From positions 1 to 56,195 of the IMG/VR virus record IMGVR_UViG_3300025128_000045: 56,195 nucleotides of DNA. The stretch is one strand, 5' to 3'. The translations under genes were made by a program, and so were the position numbers. The DNA is from a virus. Lineage: Duplodnaviria; Caudoviricetes. The notes under the pieces are model-generated. The model saw only the letters and a program-made list of their open reading frames with translations. It was not told the origin of the DNA and ran no database searches. Of this stretch, positions 50,201 through 56,195 are shown in pieces. How positions within the stretch are numbered: position 1 is the stretch's first letter; every line of letters begins with the position of its first letter.

Positions 50201-52352
50201 TTTTGGTATTATAACTAAAAAGCAGAAAGAGCAGCTAAATGGCATTCTAATTAATAGAGATGCTGTTGCTTTAGATTTATTAAGTGATAAGATTGGTGAG
50301 TTTACCATAAAGGTTACTGATAAGTCTGGAAAAAAGAAAAAGATAACTACTACTCTTATAAAAGAACATGCTAAAGTTCAAAAAGTTTATGATAATATAT
50401 TAAAAAGAGCGAATGAAGTTGGTCTTGATATGGGTGTTATAGAAGCTGATGAGGGAGAGGGTCTTCTTGGTTATTATAGTAGAGTTGTTAAAGACCCGGT
50501 TAGGTTTAGAGAAATGGTTCGAGACATGGAGGGTAAGGAAGCTGATGGATTTATTGAAAAATCTATTGAAGAATATATCTTAAATGAAGAGAAGAAAAAA
50601 TGGGCTAAGAAAAAAGCAAGGAAACAAAAGACGAAACCTTCTATTAAAAACCTTACTAAAGAGGATATGAGGCAGATAAAAGCAGGGTTAAATGCTATTG
50701 TTAGTGAGGAATATTCAGCTGTAGAGGGTGGAACAGAGGTTACAGTTATGGATATGAAAAAATCTAAACTTAGAAGCTCTGAAATGGCTAAAATAATAAG
50801 TGGTGCAGTATTTACATTTGATAGAACAAGCACTATAGCTAAAGGTACTAAAAAAAGGACTGTAGAAGGTGTTGATAACAAGTTAGTACATCAGTATGAC
50901 GATGCTTCAAATGCATTACTTCACTATATTGATTCAATGAATAAAGCTATTGCTCGAAAAAGACTTTTAGAAAATCACTATGAATCTGGATATGTTAATA
51001 TAGATGATGATTCTGATAATATAAATATAGGTATTTCTTCTTTAGTAGAAAACACATTGGCTGGAGAACTTAATCCAGATGAACAAAGGGAGTCTATTAA
51101 TATCTTGTCTTCAGTATTAGATGTAAAGCAGACAGGAAAAAATATAGGTAGGCTTAGAGCTTTAGGGTATTTCACGACTTTAAACGATATTGGAAATACC
51201 TTAACACAGCTTGCTGATATAGGTTCTGCTATCTTTGTGCAAAGTGCTCAAAATCCTCTATCTGTTGTTAAAAACTTTTCTAAGGCTGTTACTAATAGGT
51301 CAGATATTAAGATGAGAGATTTAGCGATAGATGAAATAATGCATGAGCTATCCGACCCATCAAGAATGATGAAAATGGTGAACACTCAGTTTAAGATGAT
51401 AGGCTTTAAGAAGTTTGATGCAATGATGAAAGAAACTATCGTTAATACTTATATTGATTCTCTGGGTAAACAGTTGAAAAAATACAACAAATTATCAAGG
51501 AGAAAACAGCTTGATTTGATGGATAAAATAACATCTGTATTTCCAGAAGGAACACCTAATTATAAAAAAGTAATTAAAGATTTAAAAGCTGGTGAGATTA
51601 CTCCAGAGGTTTTAGAGGTAGGTTTTAATGGATTATTAGATTATCAACCTATAGGTGATACTGAGCTACCTAAAGGTTATAATCAAAGCGATGGATTAAT
51701 GAGGTTGGCTTATCAATTAAAAACATTTACTCTTAGGCTTGCAAATAGAATAGTAGCAGAAGGTTATTTAAATCATAAAAAATCAATAAAAGCAAAAGCA
51801 GCTGGTAATATAAAAGATGCAAGAGCTTATAGAATGATGTCATTAACTAAACCTTTAAGGTTAATGGCTATATTAATGCTTGCTGGTGCAGGTAAAGATG
51901 AGATAAAAGATTTGTACACCGGAAGACTCCATGATTTTGATGATAATTTGTTAGAGAATTTCTTAGGACTATTCTTTATGAGTCGTTATAGTATGGATAA
52001 GCTCGGCAGTAGAGGTGCTATTTCAGAAATGCTATCTGTTGGTGTGCCTGCTGCTGGTTTTGCTGATGATGTTAAAGAAGACCTAACCTTAATATATAAG
52101 TATTTCTCTGAAGATGGTTTAAGCGAAAGAGAAAGCCTTAAATATGGATTAAAATATAAAAAACATATACCTTGGGTTGGTGATGCTATCTATTATAGAA
52201 CTGGTCGAGGTAGAAAAATGTATTTAAATAAGTCTGTTCAAAGGCTTAAAGAAAAAGCAAGAGAAGGTACTCTTACTTATGGTGAAGAGCGATTACTGCG
52301 AAGCTTGAGCAATGAAAAACAAAAGATAAAAATCTATGAATATCGAAATTAA
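44211..52352 (+). CDS. Giant polyvalent internal virion protein with glycosylase-like and methyltransferase domains
   Basis: 2713 aa, last late gene; GPKVGGAFYQN...TMDLH; LDYGGG...NVLNVI...LKPGG; internal duplication. Confidence 0.75.
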   Translation: MPENFEFTYEAALARARAAAGQDPIAVEEEESFLPDYNDIIKRNKQRFGDKPQVVTTKPVKKESTWSDVYDKGRRALGIISEEPKHDNWNTYTDEYKNFHEKTKNRIKESGLETREMRDNNIPRSFINNATDYALFMMNHQDDPAKEAFRNISDKGQGLRSRIHNMNARDHNQDNVTAIANNLMENQELTNDELMVINKAVNGDPIAKNNLVWMLEGKKDPFQSMLDSGGIQPGAKSVITMAQEHYAEGGDRDGLRKLFQEEDRKREHIEKSLERKEFIESGGTSNTKYTEWNDDGTVRKTLNRFKRGIHNANDFTANTFNAIPTFIRAIRADLLMGEENFNSLERTFKELSDMSKVGVRSMLPAAPDRDYQNPENFFDFLTSPDHLSKTVLEQGPMMLQMVAGALNLPKLWSYVMAAGYTGNIKDDMLNYEMETGDKIPYWKRDLAAAAVGPMVGAIDKMSLNMVIGKTQGVAVTKALSKKFDDTIKNQIINRALRTMGVGGLEANTEMMQEVSELLVAAGYRPIAQEEWDNIKLAGYAGFIMGTGANIIFNPATPTNSIQVKGVDELIASKVKYFTHGDDGTGQFITYNKNGDVIAESEIYEDTDIGYHDYLIEKDRVKRLNKTDEVDYDSEVEEVSYESDQEHIENEVLNVKTQEIAEKNDIDVKPKKRRHERRTKKGSLAYAKENLNNANILVRELEKKLIDAQAKNDPKQIEILSDLQDAKAFQIHAENAVSIRESQKKPRLSRKEKKKRALEGKLEPQISEEVDEIIETEPEVDEVVETVEETEPVVADEVVEAEPEVEEVVEETPTDIKSQDLDTRVNTELTEDENYVYTADIRNGKTGNPLSWVKNLNTSSIDGFTKAAKKLQSYVDKYIGSENEQASMNVEEAESAIQSMEEILEGRDLAFDDDFNIIDLQETDTETDAEQAALKDMDKLGFDIIDDGATNMVILPNPVPGMKVVYNGIIKTAQYTYEMLPQKLRQQAETLGITPKNFDATFKSAIDGFKNIPKNIKAWIKKVNKSIKRWWEDNRVQIGEKIERAMAKTGGLRYAVEPGDAPTKQSPTTRLSSIPILKGEEKAPKFKNIEELSRYLTNRSLELQKEMGVDLQVDSDESNEIIAQILAEEIALETGNEWNAGGWYSQKMQDAIRVTKELYPQMEDPMTERAFLFGLAITSNGQGVPSNLKIAYQQFEFYLENGYWNSEFGQISKAEKKAMGVGKQVGAMEQAFALYNELAESWGEATLQDFLETDFTAKELEDAGVNLHGESARIKKIAGELKETIIKGSSIFGPKVGGAFYQNLLGNYDPLTMDLHFSRNINRITGALLPEAVMGDGSSDHLERTGKKDYSKQIKRFRKSIVKNRSLRKKYGITPEVYKDDKALLKVAERMFKDDTNAGFPKDGPPKLDKKTGKYKPARKEHNLAAQRYADVVNKPVEAPKSGAERNRFRKIMKRAVEISGVSSIADAQAILWFPQKRFYGKFGITGESVNETDYKQEAIKIAKQRGLDDTRISGILGTEQQRVTKKSSKQAVKTKKTQKGLTPQQKRAVLKQGRKELYDPGKTSTKQIPAGFKKFAELTGISKGFNLDYGGGAYDLGTQELKKQGLDSVIYDVFARPDDYNKKSMAEVDKRGGADTVTLMNVLNVIKEPESRDFVLKDAYSKLKPGGTMMVSIYYDSQGNSGFRGAKDPAKRTWQEMRAPITYLQEIESSLPDAQIQLNKQGKPVFDSKLFILKKPETSVTPTSIEAGFLGFTPSNLKLLKNTIIDGGLFVYENLPANLQKQGQRIGVTAQNFGRTLSEFSSKTKQNIKAWLKKVQKAMKRWWDDNKVQIGEKIERGMAKMGGIKYAVDPTIEGYQTQLNKLDKKFGKGKGAKKERAKLQSRIENVDKQAEIQGIEPEEVKKKSTYTPPGNLEHYESYSDPKIKKEATAKDRGVISGLWEGFKDLAMVNSFRAQAVNSKIFRLIRGYSYDYMTNASIDRKNSESWLTTINPKSKTNPFGIITKKQKEQLNGILINRDAVALDLLSDKIGEFTIKVTDKSGKKKKITTTLIKEHAKVQKVYDNILKRANEVGLDMGVIEADEGEGLLGYYSRVVKDPVRFREMVRDMEGKEADGFIEKSIEEYILNEEKKKWAKKKARKQKTKPSIKNLTKEDMRQIKAGLNAIVSEEYSAVEGGTEVTVMDMKKSKLRSSEMAKIISGAVFTFDRTSTIAKGTKKRTVEGVDNKLVHQYDDASNALLHYIDSMNKAIARKRLLENHYESGYVNIDDDSDNINIGISSLVENTLAGELNPDEQRESINILSSVLDVKQTGKNIGRLRALGYFTTLNDIGNTLTQLADIGSAIFVQSAQNPLSVVKNFSKAVTNRSDIKMRDLAIDEIMHELSDPSRMMKMVNTQFKMIGFKKFDAMMKETIVNTYIDSLGKQLKKYNKLSRRKQLDLMDKITSVFPEGTPNYKKVIKDLKAGEITPEVLEVGFNGLLDYQPIGDTELPKGYNQSDGLMRLAYQLKTFTLRLANRIVAEGYLNHKKSIKAKAAGNIKDARAYRMMSLTKPLRLMAILMLAGAGKDEIKDLYTGRLHDFDDNLLENFLGLFFMSRYSMDKLGSRGAISEMLSVGVPAAGFADDVKEDLTLIYKYFSEDGLSERESLKYGLKYKKHIPWVGDAIYYRTGRGRKMYLNKSVQRLKEKAREGTLTYGEERLLRSLSNEKQKIKIYEYRN

Positions 52353-52708
52353 TCGTTAGATTCTATCTGTACATCGTGCTCATTTGCCAACTTAATTACT
52401 TTATTAATAAACTCACTAAACTCTTCTCTATTTAAATCTTTAGTAGAAGCTATTTCAAATCTCTGTTTCATAGCTTCGTGTAATTCGTCTGCATGATAAC
52501 CATCAAACGGATGTCTTTTAGCCATCACTCTTATAATCTTTCTATAGTGATTGTTTTGTTTCTGAGTTCTGTTTCTAATCTCTTCTATCGTTATCATCAC
52601 TTCCCCCGACAATCCCGATATAAATTCTTTCATCTTATCTTCTGTATATATAATAAGCTTACTACCTTCCATATGTCCTAAGAAGGAATCTGTTTTAACC
52701 TCTTTCAT
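52349..52708 (-). CDS. NinB-like protein
   Basis: RNRTQKQNNHY...ELHEAMK...STKDLNREEFSEFI. Confidence 0.65.
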   Translation of the reverse strand: MKEVKTDSFLGHMEGSKLIIYTEDKMKEFISGLSGEVMITIEEIRNRTQKQNNHYRKIIRVMAKRHPFDGYHADELHEAMKQRFEIASTKDLNREEFSEFINKVIKLANEHDVQIESND

Positions 52709-52991
52709 GTTTTAACCACCTCATTAATAACCTGTGGCTTTCTCTCCACAGATTGATTCTATATTTTTCTTCAAACTTTTTCATATTAACATGCCTTTCC
52801 TGGTGATGTCCACGGCATAACGGCACGACAGAAAAATCTTCCCATAAATCGTTATCCCTATTCCCACCCATCCCGACAGTATCCAAATGGTCTCTATCGG
52901 GATTAGGCAGTCCACAAACTAAACACCCACAGGTGGAAACATACACAAGGAAGTTCTTTCCTTCTTCAATCTTCAACATGCCAATACTCAA
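52695..52991 (-). CDS. DUF968/HNH-like Zn-binding protein
   Basis: CLVCG...DH...GMGG...VPLCRGHHQERH. Confidence 0.7.
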   Translation of the reverse strand: MSIGMLKIEEGKNFLVYVSTCGCLVCGLPNPDRDHLDTVGMGGNRDNDLWEDFSVVPLCRGHHQERHVNMKKFEEKYRINLWRESHRLLMRWLKHERG

Positions 52992-53412
52992 TTAATGTTC
53001 TCGGTCTATTGTAGCCATCTTCAACATAAAGCTTTTCAACTTGCAGTCTTGCGATAAGACAGTCATCTTTCCATAAGATTCCATTACAGGAGTCCATGAC
53101 ATATTTGGCAAGATTATCAGCATCCGGGACTGTTATGCACAGTCTTTGTTTTTTTGCCCAATCTTTTAAACTCTGAGTACATCGACCTTTCTTCGTCTTC
53201 CAATGGTTTTGTGGTCTGGGCATATAGAATGTCAAACTTAAAGAGATACAGCCTTTAAGAGCCTTTTTTGGAGCTTTAGCGATGACTTTCTTAGCAAATA
53301 CCTTCTTGTCTTTAGAAGAAGGGTCATAAACTCTTATCTGACCATTAACTCTGGTTGCTTTATGTCTTACTTGTGGCTTGGGAGCCCCCATTATTTCTAT
53401 TTCACGAAACAT
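52966..53412 (-). CDS. rusA: RusA-family Holliday junction resolvase
   Basis: FYMPRP...PDADNLAKYVMDSCNGILWKDDCLI...KLY. Confidence 0.9.
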   Translation of the reverse strand: MFREIEIMGAPKPQVRHKATRVNGQIRVYDPSSKDKKVFAKKVIAKAPKKALKGCISLSLTFYMPRPQNHWKTKKGRCTQSLKDWAKKQRLCITVPDADNLAKYVMDSCNGILWKDDCLIARLQVEKLYVEDGYNRPRTLIEYWHVED

Positions 53413-53563
53413 TTTTATCTACAAACTCAAGCACTATATGTTTAGGCTTATTGCTGGATTTAACTATAATGGTAGATTGTTCTTTAAGTCCGTTCACTTT
53501 CATGTAAGCTCTCGGCAAGGTTATTCTACCTCTTTTATCCATTTTAACTTCTGCTATCTTCAT
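53402..53563 (-). CDS. AbrB/MraZ-type DNA-binding protein, 53 aa (not in ORF track)
   Basis: MKIAEVKMDKRGRITLPRAYMKVNGLKE... Confidence 0.7.
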   Translation of the reverse strand: MKIAEVKMDKRGRITLPRAYMKVNGLKEQSTIIVKSSNKPKHIVLEFVDKNVS

Positions 53564-53717
53564 GTCTCTCTATCTCCTTTAATTCATAAGATATTCTTTT
53601 TAAGACATGAATTTCATCTATCATATCTTTTACTAAATCGCTTATTACCTCTAATGAAGCATTAAGCTTTAATGTTCTTTCCCATACTTCTTCTGCAGAT
53701 ATGTTATACTGTTTCAT
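53544..53717 (-). CDS. 57-aa helical protein (not in ORF track)
   Basis: MKQYNISAEEVWERTLKL...; AAGGAG RBS. Confidence 0.6.
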   Translation of the reverse strand: MKQYNISAEEVWERTLKLNASLEVISDLVKDMIDEIHVLKRISYELKEIERHEDSRS

Positions 53718-53943
53718 TGTTCTCCTTAGTTAGTCCTCGATATTCTGGAGTAGCACCTATTCTCTTTATAGCCGTATGTATTTCACAACTATAAGGATGA
53801 CTTTTTTGAAAAAACGAATCACAAGCTCCTTTGTGTACAAGCTTAAATGAGTTTAGTTCGTCTTTTTCACCCCAGATATAAATCCCTTTTCCACTTTCTG
53901 TTATCATTTCCTTACAAAGTGTGCAAATTAATTGTACTTTCAT
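53704..53943 (-). CDS. Cys/His-containing hypothetical protein
   Basis: CTLC...HKGAC; AGGAG RBS. Confidence 0.7.
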   Translation of the reverse strand: MKVQLICTLCKEMITESGKGIYIWGEKDELNSFKLVHKGACDSFFQKSHPYSCEIHTAIKRIGATPEYRGLTKENNETV

Positions 53944-53995
53944 TATTCTCCTTTTTTTATTTTCCCAAAAATTCCCAAAATACTACCCATTAATA

Positions 53996-54784
53996 TTATT
54001 TTGCTTTGCTTACAGGATTTGTTGTGCTTTTTGCAGAACAATCCTCCCAATAGTGACACCAATTACATAACATTGTTTCTTTAGGTTGGAAGCCACCGAC
54101 ATCGACAGAATCAGCACTTTCTATATTATGTACCATTCCTTTTAAGTTTTCTTTTATTTCATTTAAGCTTTCTTTGGTATGAACAACACTTCTTTCTACT
54201 CCTTGTTGTAGGAAGTGCCACCTAAGCTCGACAGATTTTATATCTTTAAATTCTTGAGCAATAGCCATTTGATATAAAGCTAACTGCCCATCTTTTTTTA
54301 CTGCAGGGTTAGATAATAATCTTTTGCCTGTTTTGTAGTCATGTATAATCCAATTTCCATCACTATCATAATCTAATCTATCTATTATCCCTCTAAAAGT
54401 AAACCCATTAAGTTTAAAATTAATCATCGTTTCTGTAGCATAAACACTTTGGTTAAACTCCGGACCATATTTATAAAAATAATTCCCTAAACAATGCTTA
54501 CCTAATATATAGTAATACTCTGTCTTAAGGTCTCTAACACTATATATTTCATCATGCCAGTTCTTAGTCCAGTTGTCATCATAAAATTCTTCTATCTCTT
54601 TGAAAGACACCTCTCTTTTGATATTGTATACACTATACACCCACTCTAAAGTATCATGTACTCTTTTCCCCATAAAAGCTTCTACACCTTCTTTGGAGTT
54701 TTTCTTTTCATCAATATACATGATTTTATATTTTTCGGGACAAGATTTGAATGTGTTTAATTGGCTATATGAATAGGTTTTCAT
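53996..54784 (-). CDS. RecB/Cas4-like PD-(D/E)xK exonuclease with four-Cys cluster
   Basis: YSYSQL..FKSCP, GIIDRLD, IHDYKTG, QLALY, CNWCHYWEDC. Confidence 0.9.
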   Translation of the reverse strand: MKTYSYSQLNTFKSCPEKYKIMYIDEKKNSKEGVEAFMGKRVHDTLEWVYSVYNIKREVSFKEIEEFYDDNWTKNWHDEIYSVRDLKTEYYYILGKHCLGNYFYKYGPEFNQSVYATETMINFKLNGFTFRGIIDRLDYDSDGNWIIHDYKTGKRLLSNPAVKKDGQLALYQMAIAQEFKDIKSVELRWHFLQQGVERSVVHTKESLNEIKENLKGMVHNIESADSVDVGGFQPKETMLCNWCHYWEDCSAKSTTNPVSKAK

Positions 54785-55161
54785 AATTTTCCTATAATAT
54801 GTTTAAGTGGTATTAAAATTAAAGCAGATTGGTTGTTGTCACCACCCATGACAATTTTTGCTTTTTTATGTTTCAGTAAGTATTTTACTCTTTTTCTTAA
54901 AACCTCGACAGGAAATAACAATATAAACTTTATGTCTCCGTTCTTAGTCATTACCTGTGCCCAATGGTCTGCTTTTGTTGTGGATAAACCACTCGGTCTC
55001 CCCTTGTATCTTATTTCTACTGCTATATTCCCCGTGTCATACCAAATATCTCTTTCGGTTTTCACTTCTACCTTTCCAAACTTTAAAATATCTGCAAGAA
55101 CATCTTCGTAATGCTCTCCAAAAGATAAGTCTAAATCAAAGTCTGGATTATACCCGGACAA
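54781..55161 (-). CDS. PD-(D/E)xK-like phage protein
   Basis: FDLDLSFG...EVKTERD...TGNIAVE...PSGLSTTKADHW. Confidence 0.7.
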   Translation of the reverse strand: MSGYNPDFDLDLSFGEHYEDVLADILKFGKVEVKTERDIWYDTGNIAVEIRYKGRPSGLSTTKADHWAQVMTKNGDIKFILLFPVEVLRKRVKYLLKHKKAKIVMGGDNNQSALILIPLKHIIGKL

Positions 55162-55456
55162 TACCTTTCATTCCCTTTACTTCTTCTATAGTATCTTGAA
55201 CTATCTTTTTAAAGCAAGGCTTACAACACCTATCATCATTACCTTTTTCATAAGATGCCGGGTCAGAATCATCAAATGTTACCTTCTTTCCACACTCAAA
55301 ACAAACCATAGCATTTAAGTAGAAACGACATCCTTCTTCATAAACCTTAGCATCCTCTATTGGTTTTGATTCTTTTCCTAATTCCTTAAAGTAATTGCAT
55401 GTACCAAAGAGTGTTTCTCCTCCTGCATCATGGAATCTGCACATTGAACAATTCAT
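55148..55456 (-). CDS. Cys-rich hypothetical protein
   Basis: CSMC, CFEC, CKPC. Confidence 0.7.
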   Translation of the reverse strand: MNCSMCRFHDAGGETLFGTCNYFKELGKESKPIEDAKVYEEGCRFYLNAMVCFECGKKVTFDDSDPASYEKGNDDRCCKPCFKKIVQDTIEEVKGMKGIVRV

Positions 55457-55457
55457 A
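55378..55457 (+). repeat. 80-bp exact direct repeat, copy 2
   Basis: Identical to 1-80. Confidence 0.95.
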
Positions 55458-55698
55458 ACTCTACCTTAAAGGTTCTACCTTCATTTTTAACCATAGATGG
55501 TGTCTTTGTCCTTCCCCTATCCTCAACTCCTTGTGCTATCATGCTTTCCACACCTTTCAAGAGTTTTTGTTTTTTCGATATACTCATCTTCTTACCCCTT
55601 GCAATAACCTCTGTTTTGCACCTCTTACATTTTCTTTTATGGTTCTTCATCCCCCAATATTTTGCACATTCACATCGGATATGTTTTTCTATATTCAT
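55453..55698 (-). CDS. Hypothetical protein, homologue of 76..297 with different Cys-rich N-terminus
   Basis: Shared C-terminal ~45 aa. Confidence 0.7.
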   Translation of the reverse strand: MNIEKHIRCECAKYWGMKNHKRKCKRCKTEVIARGKKMSISKKQKLLKGVESMIAQGVEDRGRTKTPSMVKNEGRTFKVEL

Positions 55699-55880
55699 TC
55701 TCGCTCCTCACATCTTTCTTTATACTCTTTTTCTAAAGCATAATAGCTTGGAGCTGGAAGAAATCCATCTTCTTCTTTTATTTTTTTTCTCATATATCTT
55801 ACGGCATTTGTAAGATGTGCATCAGACATATCCTTTATCCAATAAATCCTACCATCTGCATTTCTCCATCTATCTTTCAT
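55695..55880 (-). CDS. Hypothetical protein, homologue of 263..454
   Basis: Full-length similarity. Confidence 0.75.
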   Translation of the reverse strand: MKDRWRNADGRIYWIKDMSDAHLTNAVRYMRKKIKEEDGFLPAPSYYALEKEYKERCEERE

Positions 55881-56104
55881 TCTTTTTCCTCACCTTCCAT
55901 TATCTCCTTGAGTCGTAAGATTTCATCTATGTATTCACTAATTGTAGTACCACCATCTACTACACCACCACAACCATAATACAACTCCGTCAAATGTTCA
56001 TCCCCATAATATTCTTCGCCATATTCGATAGAACCTTCATGGTTAGACATAAGAGGAACTCTATGTTTTTTAATTCCTAATATCTCCCACGCTAATTCTG
56101 TCAT
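55877..56104 (-). CDS. Acidic hypothetical protein
   Basis: Packed operon, GAGG RBS. Confidence 0.6.
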   Translation of the reverse strand: MTELAWEILGIKKHRVPLMSNHEGSIEYGEEYYGDEHLTELYYGCGGVVDGGTTISEYIDEILRLKEIMEGEEKE

Positions 56105-56195
56105 TGAATCCTCTAATAAGGCTTCACAGCCAAATACATCTTCTACTTTCCTAAGTATCCTTCTTTTTTTAACATCTGCTTCTAATATTCTATAT

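Larger units (their letters stand above)
1..55377. mobile_element. Tailed dsDNA bacteriophage genome (podovirus-like), probably complete or circular unit
   Basis: Terminase-portal-scaffold-capsid-adaptor-nozzle-ejection gene order, lysis cassette, no tape measure or sheath recognised; 1-80 recurs at 55378-55457. Confidence 0.9.

Noticed and set aside
12128-51175. Minus-strand ORFs inside the late genes (e.g. 12667..13296, 50474..50881)
   Set aside because: Antisense shadows of Lys/Glu-rich genes, Phe/Leu/Ser-rich
53996-54784. Cas4/CRISPR system
   Set aside because: Solo RecB-like phage exonuclease; no repeat-spacer array or other cas genes seen
1-56195. Genome-wide stop-codon reassignment
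   Set aside because: Long genes are intact and tightly packed under the standard code; TAA, TAG and TGA all end genes at sensible boundaries; no clear suppressor tRNA

Overview
The window looks like an essentially complete, AT-rich, podovirus-like dsDNA phage genome of about 55.4 kb. Bases 1-80 recur exactly at 55378-55457 and are followed by a diverged alternative copy of the first genes. A minus-strand early/middle arm (1-10.8 kb and 52.3-56.2 kb) carries many tiny ORFs, a Sak/Rad52-like annealase, an SSB-like protein, HNH, RusA, NinB-like and PD-(D/E)xK nucleases. A plus-strand late arm (11.4-52.35 kb) encodes terminase, portal, scaffold, major capsid, adaptors, LamG fibres, a GH108 lysis cassette, nozzle and ejection proteins. 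I recognised no DNA polymerase, primase, helicase or integrase. Best leads: (1) a class II AsnRS-like catalytic core with no anticodon-binding domain, near a tRNA-Asn(GUU) with a long variable arm and U37; (2) an oriC-like locus with tandem perfect DnaA boxes; (3) a strand-polarised motif CYCGACA (26 plus versus 2 minus by hand count); (4) a 2713-aa ejection protein with glycosylase-like and methyltransferase domains between duplicated segments; (5) a D-stem-less tRNA-like element in the early leader; (6) an adaptor gene apparently split by an in-frame TAG. Family calls come from motif recognition by eye, not database searches, and the host cannot be determined.
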